From assembly GCA_039591655.1 (NCBI GenBank), contig JBDHDE010000035.1:17247-81246 (forward strand): a DNA stretch of 64,000 nucleotides, in the 5' to 3' direction. This stretch comes from Gemmatimonadota bacterium (GTDB lineage: Bacteria > Gemmatimonadota > Gemmatimonadetes > Gemmatimonadales > GWC2-71-9). Below the pieces are notes generated by a model. That model saw nothing but the letters and a program-made list of their open reading frames with translations. It was not told the origin of the DNA and did no database searches. A program made the position numbers and the translations under genes. Positions 28,244 to 38,015 of the stretch are shown in pieces (position 1 is the first letter of the stretch; each line of letters starts with the position of its first letter).

Positions 28244-29998
28244 TTATAGATCCGCCGGGCTGCGCCTCACACTGCGGTAGATGTACGCCCCGGCCACGGC
28301 CGCGATGGCCAGGTAGGCGAGCCCGACGGCGGGGCCTTCCAGGATCAGCTTCCCGACGCCGAACAGCCCGGCGTAGATGAGGACGAGCCCGGCAATCCAG
28401 TCGCCGACGTCGGACCACCCCATCCGGTCCACCGCGACGGCACTGCGCCGGGCGATGGGCCCCCACCACGGCGTGCCCGGGCGCACCCGCTCGTAGAAGG
28501 CAAGGAGCTTCGCTTCATCCGTGGGGGGCGTCACCAGCGCGACCACGATCCAGCACACGGTCGACGCGCCGGCGGTGATGATGAGATGCCATCCGAAGCC
28601 GATCTCCGGGTTCACGATATACAGGCCGACGTAGACCACCGCCGTCGAGACCCACGCCGCGATCTCGCTCCACGCGTTGACGCGCCACCACCACCACCGT
28701 GCCACATACACGCCGCCGATGCCGACGGTCATGCCGAAGAACAGCTCCCAGGCGCCGCGGATGCTCTGCATGAGGTACGCGGTGGCGCCCCCCGCGATCA
28801 TGAGGACGACGACCAGGAGGCGGGAAACCTGCACGTAGTGTCGGTCGCTCGCCTGTCTCCTGATGAACGGCCGGTAGCCGTCGTTCACCAGGAGTGAGAC
28901 GCCCCAGTTGAGCAGCGTGTCGATGGTGCTCATGAACGCGGCAAGGATGCTGGCCAGCATGAGGCCCAGCAGCCCCGTGGGCAGGTACTCCACGATGGCC
29001 ATCGGGTAGCCCAGCTCCCTGTCCTCCAGCCCGGGAAAGGCTACCAGGGAGATCAACCCCACGACTATCCACGGCCACGGCCGCAGCACGTAGTGCGCGA
29101 TGCAGAACCACAGCACCCCCAGGAAGCTGTGGTTCTCGTCCTTGGCGGCGAGCATGCGCTGCACCATGTAGCTCGTCCCGCCGACGTCCCGGGTGGCCCA
29201 CCAGTTCACGCCGAGCAGGGCGACGAAGGTGATCATGGGAAGGGAGGTGCCGCTGGCGTTCGGCAGGAAGCTCAGGTAGCCGTCGGTGAGGTCGCCATAT
29301 TGCTCGGTGAGGCGGAGCTTGAGCTCGCCGATCCCGCCGATGTCCCCCACGGCGATCACGGCGAGGGCAATCGCCCCCGTCATGGCCAGGAGGAACTGGA
29401 CGAAGTCGGTCATCACCACGCCCCAGAACCCCGACAGGACGGTGTAGGCCACCGCCACCACAAGGCAAACCAGGATCCCGAACCAGCGCCCGTCGATGAA
29501 CTGGTCGATTCCCAGGTGCTGGGTCACGGCGTCGAGATCGATGAGCACGCCCATGATCTTCACCATGGCCAGGATCACCCAGCCCATGATGATGCAGTTG
29601 AGGACCGCCCCCTCCCACACGCTGCGGAAGCCCCGCAGGACCTGGGCGGCGCGGCCGGAGTAGCGCAGCGCCACGAGCTCGACGTCGGTGATCACCCCAG
29701 CCCGGCGCCACAGGCGGGCGAAGAAGAAGGCCACCACGAGGTGCGCCGCCGCGAAGTTCCACATGAACCACAGCCCGGAGATTCCGTCGTTGGCAACGAG
29801 GCCGGTGACCGCCAGCGGCGTATCGGCCGCGAACATCGTGGCCACGATGGAGGTGCCGACGATCCACCAGGGGAGGTTGCGGCCGGAGAGGAAGTACTCG
29901 GAGATGCTGCGGCCCGCTCGGCGCCGGAAGAAGAGCCCGACGGCGAGGGCGAACACCAGGTAGCCGGCGACGATGATCCAGTCGAGTGGGGCCATCAA
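28244..29998 (-). CDS. Sodium:solute symporter family protein
   Basis: Motifs EYFLSGRNLPWW, ATMFAADTPL, GVVMTD, VQRMLAAKD and LAAFMSTID; many TM helices. Confidence 0.92.
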   Translation of the reverse strand: MMAPLDWIIVAGYLVFALAVGLFFRRRAGRSISEYFLSGRNLPWWIVGTSIVATMFAADTPLAVTGLVANDGISGLWFMWNFAAAHLVVAFFFARLWRRAGVITDVELVALRYSGRAAQVLRGFRSVWEGAVLNCIIMGWVILAMVKIMGVLIDLDAVTQHLGIDQFIDGRWFGILVCLVVAVAYTVLSGFWGVVMTDFVQFLLAMTGAIALAVIAVGDIGGIGELKLRLTEQYGDLTDGYLSFLPNASGTSLPMITFVALLGVNWWATRDVGGTSYMVQRMLAAKDENHSFLGVLWFCIAHYVLRPWPWIVVGLISLVAFPGLEDRELGYPMAIVEYLPTGLLGLMLASILAAFMSTIDTLLNWGVSLLVNDGYRPFIRRQASDRHYVQVSRLLVVVLMIAGGATAYLMQSIRGAWELFFGMTVGIGGVYVARWWWWRVNAWSEIAAWVSTAVVYVGLYIVNPEIGFGWHLIITAGASTVCWIVVALVTPPTDEAKLLAFYERVRPGTPWWGPIARRSAVAVDRMGWSDVGDWIAGLVLIYAGLFGVGKLILEGPAVGLAYLAIAAVAGAYIYRSVRRSPADL

Positions 29999-30099
29999 CG
30001 CTCCTCAGGCAGCGCCCGCGCAACAAGATAGGCGGGAGGCCCCGTTCCCTGGACTTGCTTTATATGGCAAAGTACTTTATCATGGCGCTGGGAGGGGCT

Positions 30100-30663
30100 A
30101 TGGATACCAGCGCGACGGGAGAGATGAGTGACCTGGTGGTCCTCGTGGACGGGGAGGGTCGCGATTCGGGTACTGCTACCAAGCTGTCCGTCCACGTGGA
30201 GGGGAAGCTGCATCGGGCGGTGTCCGTGTTCGTGTTCGATGCTGCCGGCAACATGCTGCTGCAACGTCGAGCTGCGGCGAAGTACCATTCGGCGGGACTC
30301 TGGTCCAACACCTGCTGCGGCCACCCCCGGCCTGGCGAGTCCCCAGAGGAGGCGGCGCATCGGAGGCTGTGGGAGGAGATGGGGTTCGACTGCCCCTTGG
30401 TGCCCGTCCTCAGCTTCGTGTACCGCAGCAAGCTCCGCAACGGCCTGATCGAGCACGAGCACGATCATGTCTTCGTGGGACGCTTCGACGGCACGCCCGT
30501 GCCCAACCGGCAGGAGGTCGCCGACTGGCACTGGGTCGCGGCCGATGAGCTGCTTGCCGATACCATGGCTCGTCCGCGGCGATATACCGCCTGGTTCACG
30601 ATCGCGCTGGCCAGGCTCCTCGGGCGCGGCGCGACCGAGCCCGGTCTGCGGCTGGCGGGGTGA
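30100..30663 (+). CDS. idi: Isopentenyl-diphosphate delta-isomerase (type 1, Nudix fold)
   Basis: Motifs LHRAVSVF, LLQRRA, WSNTCCGHP, EHEHDHVF and YTAWF. Confidence 0.92.
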   Translation: MDTSATGEMSDLVVLVDGEGRDSGTATKLSVHVEGKLHRAVSVFVFDAAGNMLLQRRAAAKYHSAGLWSNTCCGHPRPGESPEEAAHRRLWEEMGFDCPLVPVLSFVYRSKLRNGLIEHEHDHVFVGRFDGTPVPNRQEVADWHWVAADELLADTMARPRRYTAWFTIALARLLGRGATEPGLRLAG

Positions 30664-30774
30664 GGCTCCTGCCGGACGCCTGACATTCGCCGACGACACA
30701 ACCTCCTTACCACTCCGCCTGGCTCCCATATGCACCAGGCCGTATCGTTCGTTTGTACTCTCCGAGGTCAAACG

Positions 30775-31215
30775 GTGGCGGACTTCGAGCGCGTGGACAT
30801 CGCGCAGCGACTCGCTGTGTACCTGGATCCCAGTGGCGATGTGCCGCTATACCGGCAGATCGTCGATCGGGTGTGGCTCGAGGTCGTGACCGGCACGCTG
30901 GAGACGGGGGAGCGTCTACCCACGGTACGGCAACTCGCCATTGATCTCGCGGTCCACCCCAATACCGTAAGCCGCGCCTACGGAGAGCTCGAGGTGCTAG
31001 GCGTGCTGGTGACGCGCCCGGGCGAGGGGACGTACGTGGGGCTGGACCCACCCGACCAGTCCACGCTGGAGCGGCGGGCGCAGCTCGAGCGCCTGTGCGG
31101 GGACGTCGTGGGACAGTGCAAGGCGCTGGGGCTCTCCCTCGACAACGTCATCGACATGCTGACCGAGTTGCACTCCTCCGAGCGCGACTCGGATCCGACG
31201 AGGGGGCAGACATGA
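30775..31215 (+). CDS. GntR (YtrA-like) transcriptional regulator
   Basis: Motifs PLYRQI and GERLPTVRQLAIDLAVHPNTVSRAY. Confidence 0.9.
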   Translation: MADFERVDIAQRLAVYLDPSGDVPLYRQIVDRVWLEVVTGTLETGERLPTVRQLAIDLAVHPNTVSRAYGELEVLGVLVTRPGEGTYVGLDPPDQSTLERRAQLERLCGDVVGQCKALGLSLDNVIDMLTELHSSERDSDPTRGQT

Positions 31216-32216
31216 CTGAAGAGTTCCTCCCTGTCCGCGCCCAGCGCGACTACGGTGTGCGGCCACAACAGAGGTATGGTATGCCGGTCAAGACTCCCAA
31301 CGACACGCGCTATCCGCCGGCGGCGGTGATTGCCGGCTTGGTCGCCGCGGTGGGCGCCGGCGCGGCCCTGTTCTTCCTGCCCGTTGCGTCCGAGTTGTGG
31401 CGCACCGTGGCGGTGCCGGCGGTCTCCACGCTGACCGCTCTCCTGGTGGGCTCCTCCATCAAGTATGCGGACCAGTGGGAGAAGGCCGTCGTGCTGCGCC
31501 TCGGCAAGTACCGCGGGCTGCGCGGCCCCGGCTTGTTCTACGTGATCCCCGTACTCGACCGCATCACGTACCACGTGGACCAACGTATACGGACCACCGA
31601 TTTCGGCGCCGAGTCGTGCCTCACCAAAGACACGGTCCCGGTGAACGTGGATGCAATCGCGTTCTGGATCGTGTACGATGCCGAGCGCGCCGCGCTGGAA
31701 GTGCAGCAGTACGAGCAGGCAGTGGTGCTCGCCGCCCAGACGGCCCTGCGCGACGCCATCGGCAAGCACGACCTGGCGGAGCTGATCCAGTCACGCAAAG
31801 AGCTCGGCCATGGGCTCCAGCGGATCCTCGACGAGAAGATGCACGACTGGGGGATCCAGGTGCAGTCGGTGGAGATCCGGGACGTGATCATCCCGAAGGC
31901 TCTCGAGGAGGCGATGTCCCGCCAGGCCCAAGCGGAGCGGGAGCGCCAGGCGCGCATCATCCTGGGGACGGCCGAGACCGAGATCGCCGGCAAGTTCGTG
32001 GAGGCGGCGGAGCGCTACCGCGAGCACCCCATGGCGCTCAACCTGCGCGCCATGAACATGCTGTACGAGAGCATCGTGAAGCGTGGCTCGCTGATGGTGG
32101 TGCCGTCCGGCCTGGCGGACTCGCTGAATGTGCCGGGTATCCTGGGGCTGGCGGGCGCGGCGGGAGCGACGGCGCCGGAGAAGGAATCCGAGAAGGAAGG
32201 CGACTCCAAGCCCTGA
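31212..32216 (+). CDS. SPFH/stomatin (slipin) family membrane protein
   Basis: Motifs VVLRLGK, LTKDTVPVNVDA, AQTALRDAIG, VEIRDV and AMSRQAQAERE. ATGA overlap with the GntR stop. Confidence 0.92.
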   Translation: MTEEFLPVRAQRDYGVRPQQRYGMPVKTPNDTRYPPAAVIAGLVAAVGAGAALFFLPVASELWRTVAVPAVSTLTALLVGSSIKYADQWEKAVVLRLGKYRGLRGPGLFYVIPVLDRITYHVDQRIRTTDFGAESCLTKDTVPVNVDAIAFWIVYDAERAALEVQQYEQAVVLAAQTALRDAIGKHDLAELIQSRKELGHGLQRILDEKMHDWGIQVQSVEIRDVIIPKALEEAMSRQAQAERERQARIILGTAETEIAGKFVEAAERYREHPMALNLRAMNMLYESIVKRGSLMVVPSGLADSLNVPGILGLAGAAGATAPEKESEKEGDSKP

Positions 32217-32224
32217 TCGGTGCT

Positions 32225-32404
32225 CTACGGTATCGTCACCCGCTTCAGCTTCGCGTCGAACCGCGCGAAGTGGACCTCGAATAGCTCCCGGAACTTCGAT
32301 CGGTAGGCTACATCCACTTTGTTGAACCAGTCCACGAGTTCGTCGACGACTCGGTGGCCGAACTTGGCATAGAACTCTTCTGAGAACTTCGCGGTAACCG
32401 GCAT
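32225..32404 (-). pseudogene. 3'-truncated copy of the small coiled-coil gene at 33838-34137
   Basis: MPVTAKFSEEFYAKFGHRVVDELVDWFN matches the second copy. Similarity stops after ARFDAKL and the C-terminal TM helix is absent. Confidence 0.7.
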
Positions 32405-32475
32405 CTGTCTCCCGTGGATTGCTGCCGGCTCCACTCCACAAGATATCCCAACCCAAACGAGTTCCCAAACGCCGC
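32247..32475. repeat. ~230-bp imperfect direct repeat, copy 1
   Basis: Aligns by eye with 33981-34209, including ~70 bp of non-coding sequence (GTGGATTGCTGCC...CAAGATATCCCAACCCA...GAGTTCCCAAA). Confidence 0.9.
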
Positions 32476-32526
32476 GGGACTGTGCGAAACTGGCTGCTCT
32501 TGCGGAGAATCCTTATCCTATCCGCC

Positions 32527-33810
32527 ATGCCGAAAGCCTCCCTCTGGTCCCGCGCCGCCGATATTGCGGCCCGCACGCCCGAGTCCCGCAATCGCTACGT
32601 CGACTTCCTGCGTGCGGTCTCCATCTTGATGGTCATCTCGGGGCACTGGTTGGTCGCCGCGCCCTACGTGGTCGACGGCCAGCTCACCCTCAGCTCCATG
32701 CTGGCATATCAACGGTGGACCCAGCTGCTGACATGGGCGTTCCAGGTCATGCCCGTGTTCTTCTTCGTGGGCGGGTACTCGAACGGTGCGGAGTGGTTGA
32801 ACGGCCGCCTGCAGCGACTCATCGGTCCTGTGCTGCCTTTGCTGGCGGTGTGGGCGGTGCTGGGCATCGTGGGCCACCTCAGCGGTGTGCGCCCGGAGAT
32901 GGTGAAGGCCGGCTCGCAGATGGCGCTCATCCCCATCTGGTTTCTGGCGGTCTACATCGGGGTCGTGGTGCTCGTGCCGCTGACGCACGCGGCTTGGCGG
33001 CGCTTCGGAATGGCGTCGTTCTGGGTGCTCGCCATTGCGGTGGCCGTGGACGACCTGCTGTTCTTTGCCGCCGACCTCACAGCGCTGGGATGGCTGAACT
33101 ACGGCTTCATCTGGGTGGCGGTGCACCAGCTCGGGTATGCGTGGCGCGAAGGGAAGTTGCAGTCGGGATGGAGGGCGCTGGCATGGACCGTTGCCGGGCT
33201 CGCGATCCTGATCGGGCTGGTCACCGTCGGACCCCACCCGCTCAGCATGGTGAGCGTGCCCGGCGAAGAGGTGAGCAACTCGCTCCCACCCAAGCTCCCC
33301 ATGCTGTTGCTCGGCATGATCCAGATCGGCCTGGCGCTGTCCCTCGAGGCCCCCTTCCGCCGCTGGCTCGAGCGCCCGGTCCCGTGGACCGCAACCGTGC
33401 TGGTGAATGGGATGATCATGACGATCTTCCTGTGGCACCTCACCGCCTCCACCCTCGTTACAGGTCTCGCGCTTCAGCTCGGAAGCGTAGGCCTCACCGT
33501 CGAGCCGGGAAGCGGAGCGTGGTGGGCGGCACGTCCGCTGTGGTTGGCCTTGTCCGTATTGGCTCTTGCGCCTCTCGCGCTCGTCTTCGGGCGCTTCGAA
33601 CGCGGCGGGACCAGAGGCCCCGCCGTGGCTGCGTGGCGTCAGGTGGTGGGGGCCGGCCTGGTGTGCGGTGGGCTGTCCCTACTGGCGCTCTTCGGAATCG
33701 CGGGAGATGGCTGGTTGGGCCTGAGTTGGTGGGTGCTGCTGCTGCCGTTCGTCGGTGCGACGCTGGGTGGGGTGAATCCGGTCGCGAGGCCCAAGCGGCG
33801 GGAAGCCTAG
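32527..33810 (+). CDS. Acyltransferase family 3 membrane protein
   Basis: Motifs RNRYVDFLRA, GHW, QVMPVFFFVGG, WFLAVY and MTIFLWH. Confidence 0.88.
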   Translation: MPKASLWSRAADIAARTPESRNRYVDFLRAVSILMVISGHWLVAAPYVVDGQLTLSSMLAYQRWTQLLTWAFQVMPVFFFVGGYSNGAEWLNGRLQRLIGPVLPLLAVWAVLGIVGHLSGVRPEMVKAGSQMALIPIWFLAVYIGVVVLVPLTHAAWRRFGMASFWVLAIAVAVDDLLFFAADLTALGWLNYGFIWVAVHQLGYAWREGKLQSGWRALAWTVAGLAILIGLVTVGPHPLSMVSVPGEEVSNSLPPKLPMLLLGMIQIGLALSLEAPFRRWLERPVPWTATVLVNGMIMTIFLWHLTASTLVTGLALQLGSVGLTVEPGSGAWWAARPLWLALSVLALAPLALVFGRFERGGTRGPAVAAWRQVVGAGLVCGGLSLLALFGIAGDGWLGLSWWVLLLPFVGATLGGVNPVARPKRREA

Positions 33811-33837
33811 GTGGGCGAAGCTCCGCTGCGCCCGCCC

Positions 33838-34137
33838 CTACCCGCTCCAGAACTTGAGCAGCGCGATCATCGTGCCGATCGTGCCGATCCAGAAGAGGAA
33901 CATCCAGCGGATCAGACGGGTCTCCAAGCCCGCCAGCTCCTGCCGGAACTCTGCTCGGACTTCCGCAATGCGCTGCTCGAGCTTCGCGTCGAACCGCGCG
34001 AAGTTCACCTCGAACAGCTCCCGAAACTCCGATCGGTAGGTTACGTCCACCTGGTTGAACCAGTCCACGAGCTCGTCGACCACGCGGTGGCCGAACTTGG
34101 CGTAGAACTCTTCTGAGAACTTCGCGGTAACCGGCAT
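33838..34137 (-). CDS. Small coiled-coil protein with C-terminal TM helix (DUF1640-like)
   Basis: Ends ...AKLEQRIAEVRAEFRQELAGLETRLIRWMFLFWIG. Confidence 0.75.
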   Translation of the reverse strand: MPVTAKFSEEFYAKFGHRVVDELVDWFNQVDVTYRSEFRELFEVNFARFDAKLEQRIAEVRAEFRQELAGLETRLIRWMFLFWIGTIGTMIALLKFWSG

Positions 34138-34209
34138 CCGGACTCTCGTGGATTGCTGCCAGCTCCACTCTACAAGATATCCCAACCCAGACGAGTTCCC
34201 AAATGCCGC
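33981..34209. repeat. ~230-bp imperfect direct repeat, copy 2
   Basis: Aligns by eye with 32247-32475. Confidence 0.9.
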
Positions 34210-34306
34210 ACCACGGACCGAAACTGGCCGCCCCTGCCGTCCTTGACGTAGCCCGTGCTCAATGGCGAACATGGTACTTCGGTTCTCCGGAACGACTTCC
34301 CCGAAG

Positions 34307-35896
34307 ATGAGGATACACACTGTGCGCAACAGCACCTTGGCAACGTGCATGCTGGCCGCCGCAGCCGCGGCGCTTCTTTCTACGCCACTCAGCGCCCAGA
34401 CCTCGGCCGCCATGATGCCCACGGGCCTGGCCCCATCGCAGGCGAGCTGCGACTTCTCCGACCTGCCGGGCGTCGTATGGTGGGGAACCCAGCGGCAAAT
34501 GACTCTGGAGCGGGTGGCGGAGTACCTCGCGCCGGTGTACTGGTTCTCTCCGGATGAGCCCCTGCTAAGGGGTGCAGAGGGCGTGGACATCCGGATCCCT
34601 GAGGCCTTCCCGTTCGAGGAGCAGCCCGCTCGGCCGGTCGTGTACTACCAGTTTGGCCAAATGGTGGTCGTCGCCGAGGGCGTCGAAGGATTCGACCAGA
34701 GCGCCGTCGCGATAGTTAGGGACTCCACGAATCCGGGGAACGCCGTCGTCGACTTCGAGCGGGTGGTCGGGTTCACGATGCACTTCTGGGCCTACTTCAG
34801 CTCGGAGGAGGGCATTGGGGCTCACATCCACGACATCGAGGGCGCGGAGTTCCGTCTTGTAGTGTTCCGAGACTACAATGCTTTTGTGCGGGAGAACAGC
34901 GCCGGACAATGCTCCGAGCGGAACTACGTCATCGTGGTCACGCGGGTTTCGGGCCTGGCGCACGGCATCGTGTGGTTCTGGAACGTGTCGGAGACCGACG
35001 GCGACTCGAGATTCCCGATGCACCTCCTGGTGGAGGAGGGCAAGCACGCATTGGCAACCGACAAGAACTCGGACGGCTACTTCACGCCCGGGTACGATGT
35101 CAGCCGCTACGTCAACGACGCCTGGGGCGTGCGCGACAACATGCGCACGGGCGCCCTTGCCACCGGCGGCTACCAGGCGTGGATGACCAAGGTGCGCCAA
35201 CCCGAGCACCGGCTGGTCCCCCCTTTGCCGGACGACAGTCCCTTGCGACCGCGGCTGGAGCGGCGGGGCTACTATGACGGCTCGCTGGCGGTGTACGAGC
35301 TGCGGCCGTTCCCGCCGACAGAGATGGCGGAGGGCGATCCGCACCATCTGGTGAACTTCTTCAAGGACAAGGAGGTCCCCGACTGGCCGGAGTCCAAGGA
35401 AGTGAGCAAGGTATCGGAGTTCATCAACTGGGTCGATGCGGACCTGGTGGTGAAGTCGTTGTCCATTGCGTTTATGGCGGACGGCGACCTCGGTTTCACG
35501 TTCGTGTTCCCCCTGCTCATCGTGAAGAATCTCGAGGTACCGGCGGGAGGTGGCTTCCTCGTCAACCGCATATACCTCAAGGACGCCTATCTGCGGGACT
35601 TCGGCTGGCAGCTGATGTACGTGCCATCGGCGTCGCGTTGGGTGGATACGTACTTCGCGGCGGGGGCCGAGAACGACCGGGAGAGGGATCCGGATACCGA
35701 TGAGCTGACGGTGAACGAGTGGTGGTTCGTGCTCGAAACTGGACTCAAGTTCCGCTTCAACCTGTCGCACTCGCCGCTGGGTTTCCTGGGGTTCCTGACG
35801 GACTTCTGGGGCTTCAGCGCGGGGATCAAGAACTACGGCTTTTTCGACATTGACAAGCTCACTTACGTATTCACGGTCGGCGCCGGGGTGTGGTAG
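34307..35896 (+). CDS. Secreted or outer-membrane hypothetical protein
   Basis: Signal peptide ending LSAQ; C-terminal amphipathic beta strands ending in W. The start is uncertain. Confidence 0.7.
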   Translation: MRIHTVRNSTLATCMLAAAAAALLSTPLSAQTSAAMMPTGLAPSQASCDFSDLPGVVWWGTQRQMTLERVAEYLAPVYWFSPDEPLLRGAEGVDIRIPEAFPFEEQPARPVVYYQFGQMVVVAEGVEGFDQSAVAIVRDSTNPGNAVVDFERVVGFTMHFWAYFSSEEGIGAHIHDIEGAEFRLVVFRDYNAFVRENSAGQCSERNYVIVVTRVSGLAHGIVWFWNVSETDGDSRFPMHLLVEEGKHALATDKNSDGYFTPGYDVSRYVNDAWGVRDNMRTGALATGGYQAWMTKVRQPEHRLVPPLPDDSPLRPRLERRGYYDGSLAVYELRPFPPTEMAEGDPHHLVNFFKDKEVPDWPESKEVSKVSEFINWVDADLVVKSLSIAFMADGDLGFTFVFPLLIVKNLEVPAGGGFLVNRIYLKDAYLRDFGWQLMYVPSASRWVDTYFAAGAENDRERDPDTDELTVNEWWFVLETGLKFRFNLSHSPLGFLGFLTDFWGFSAGIKNYGFFDIDKLTYVFTVGAGVW

Positions 35897-35981
35897 CGGC
35901 GCCGCCGCGTCTGGGAGGGATGTTGGCCCTGGAGGGTGGGGAGCTGGGTGCGCTCTTCCCACGACGGAAGGAGAAACGTCC

Positions 35982-36512
35982 ATGAATCCGCTTTACCGCA
36001 CGATCGGTGCGGCCGCAGTACTGCTGGTGGCGACGCCCGTACTCGGGTCGGGAGCTCACGATCTCGCGGCGCAGAACGGCCAGGTGCGGGTACGGGTGAG
36101 TGTCGTGAATGACAGCCTGAGAGCGACGCCGGTACTGGCGACGCTCGTGAGTGAAGGCCGCGTGATCTCGCAGACCGAGGTGATGCACGGGAACGCCGTG
36201 GGTCTGAGAGGGCCGATCGGGCTCGTCGATCTCCGCGCCGAGGCACCAGGACTAGTCACGGAGGTCCGCCGGGGTGTGCACACGGTCAATCCAGCGTTGC
36301 AGGCTCCCGGCACGGTCGAGTTCGTGATGCGCGCGGGGCAGGGTGTGCGGGTCGTGGAGTATGCAGAGGGCGGATTGGCGCGGGAGGAGGTTGCCCGTCG
36401 CTTGAGAGAGTTGGAAGCTGCGGTCGCCGCGCTGCTGGGCGCGGTGGACAGCCTCCGCGCCGAGTTGGCTCAGGCGCGAGAGGAGATTGCCCGGATCGAG
36501 ACTGGAGGGTGA
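35982..36512 (+). CDS. Secreted hypothetical protein with C-terminal coiled coil
   Basis: AAGGAG RBS, signal peptide, heptad-like tail. Confidence 0.7.
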   Translation: MNPLYRTIGAAAVLLVATPVLGSGAHDLAAQNGQVRVRVSVVNDSLRATPVLATLVSEGRVISQTEVMHGNAVGLRGPIGLVDLRAEAPGLVTEVRRGVHTVNPALQAPGTVEFVMRAGQGVRVVEYAEGGLAREEVARRLRELEAAVAALLGAVDSLRAELAQAREEIARIETGG

Positions 36513-36515
36513 GCT

Positions 36516-36593
36516 TTTGGCTCCGGAGGCAATGCCGGCACGCTCACCAGCGCCCATGGGCGCTCGTGGGTGTCGTGACAATCGGTGTGACAG
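36516..36593 (-). repeat. tRNA-Arg(CCG)-derived att-like element, copy A (short: core plus right arm)
   Basis: Sequence TTTGGCTCCGGAGGCAATG...CGCTCACCAGCGC...GGGCGCTCGTGGG...GTGACAAT...TGTGACAG. Confidence 0.8.
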
Positions 36594-36792
36594 CTCCAGC
36601 CGACTCCTTCGGCCGCAGCACGGCCAATACCCCCAGTGTGATCGCGATCTGCACCACGAAGTAGGCCACGATGAACATCGCGTAGTCCAACCGGCCGATA
36701 CGCTCGTCGAGGACACCGGCTACGAGAATCGGCTCCTGAAGGACTACATCCAAGGGGCTCGCTAGCGCCGTTTGGCTTTGGAGGCCAGTGCC

Positions 36793-37143
36793 ATGAGCTG
36801 GATCGAGGATCTTCTCGCATCCATCGACGAGATGGATGCGGAGAAGTTCGTTTCGTTCCTGACCGACGATGCGCAGTTCCGCTACGGGAGCAACCCGCCC
36901 ACCGTTGGCAGGGATGCGATCCGGGAATATGTGGGGCAGTTCTTCGGGATGTTCAAGGGACTGCGCCACGAGCTGCTCGGGTCGTGGACCCACCCGGATG
37001 TCGTGCTCGTCCGGGGAGAGGCGACTTACGTCAAGCATGATGGATCAGCGCTCACCCTGCCGTTCTTGAACTGCTTCAAGATGCGCGGTGAGAAGATCCA
37101 CGAGTACCTCATCTACATCGATCCGACGCCGCTGAGTGGCTGA
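36793..37143 (+). CDS. SnoaL/NTF2-like protein
   Basis: Motifs FLTDDAQF, GRDAIREY and KIHEYLIYID. Confidence 0.8.
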   Translation: MSWIEDLLASIDEMDAEKFVSFLTDDAQFRYGSNPPTVGRDAIREYVGQFFGMFKGLRHELLGSWTHPDVVLVRGEATYVKHDGSALTLPFLNCFKMRGEKIHEYLIYIDPTPLSG

Positions 37144-37990
37144 GTCGATGGCCGGAGAGGCGGAGGGTGCCCCGATGCCCGGGGTTGGAGATGAGCGAAG
37201 CCCGTGGGCAGTGGTGGCGATCCTGACGGGCCTCAGTGTCCTGGCGTGTGGCAGCTATGACGGCGAGCGCGTCCGGGATGAGGCCGACGCCTTTGCGCGA
37301 AGCTATCTCGCAGCTGTTGATACCGCGTCGTCGCGCGCCGCGGATTTCTTGGATCGCGAGTTCTTCCCTACCGACCCTCCCTGGGGCCTACTCGGGGCGG
37401 TGAATGCAGAGTTGGGTGAGCTTGGATCGCTCGAACTTGAAGCGGCCACCGGCACCACTGGGCTCAACCGCTCGGGTGAGATGTTCGTCACGTTGGACTA
37501 CCAGGCCATGTATGCCAACGGGCCAAGTGCCGTGAAGGTGACGCTTCGCAGGGCATCCAGCGACTCCCCGTGGTTTGTTCGGGGACACATGGTAAGCTAC
37601 GAATCCATGGCCATCGAGCTCGCCGAGGAGACCGGTCGGTTTCTGGAAGGCTACTTCGCGTCAGTGGCAGGTCGCGACTTCGACACCGCACTGAGCCTCT
37701 ACTCCGAGTCCTTCCTCCGCGAACACCCGGCGGACAAATGGCGCGCGAGCCTGGCGGCAACGCGAGACACGCTGGGGCGTCCCGGTGACCGTACCCTGAT
37801 CGAGCTCGACGTTTGGGGCAGTGTGCTGACCGGGGCGACCATCATCGATCTCGGCTACTCGGTTGAGTACGAGAGGCTTCCGGCCATCGAGAGATTCACA
37901 GTGTTTCGGATATCACGCGATCAGCGGGCCGAAATCCACCACCACGAGATCTCTACCGATCCCGCGGAGGCGGTTCCGGCCAACAGGTAG
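37136..37990 (+). CDS. Hypothetical lipoprotein with two similar small domains
   Basis: LAC lipobox; duplicated pattern ELG...LDY.A.Y and TLG...LGY.V.Y. The start is uncertain. Confidence 0.6.
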   Translation: MAESMAGEAEGAPMPGVGDERSPWAVVAILTGLSVLACGSYDGERVRDEADAFARSYLAAVDTASSRAADFLDREFFPTDPPWGLLGAVNAELGELGSLELEAATGTTGLNRSGEMFVTLDYQAMYANGPSAVKVTLRRASSDSPWFVRGHMVSYESMAIELAEETGRFLEGYFASVAGRDFDTALSLYSESFLREHPADKWRASLAATRDTLGRPGDRTLIELDVWGSVLTGATIIDLGYSVEYERLPAIERFTVFRISRDQRAEIHHHEISTDPAEAVPANR

Positions 37991-38015
37991 TGGCAAGAGT
38001 GTTGGAGATGTGGCT

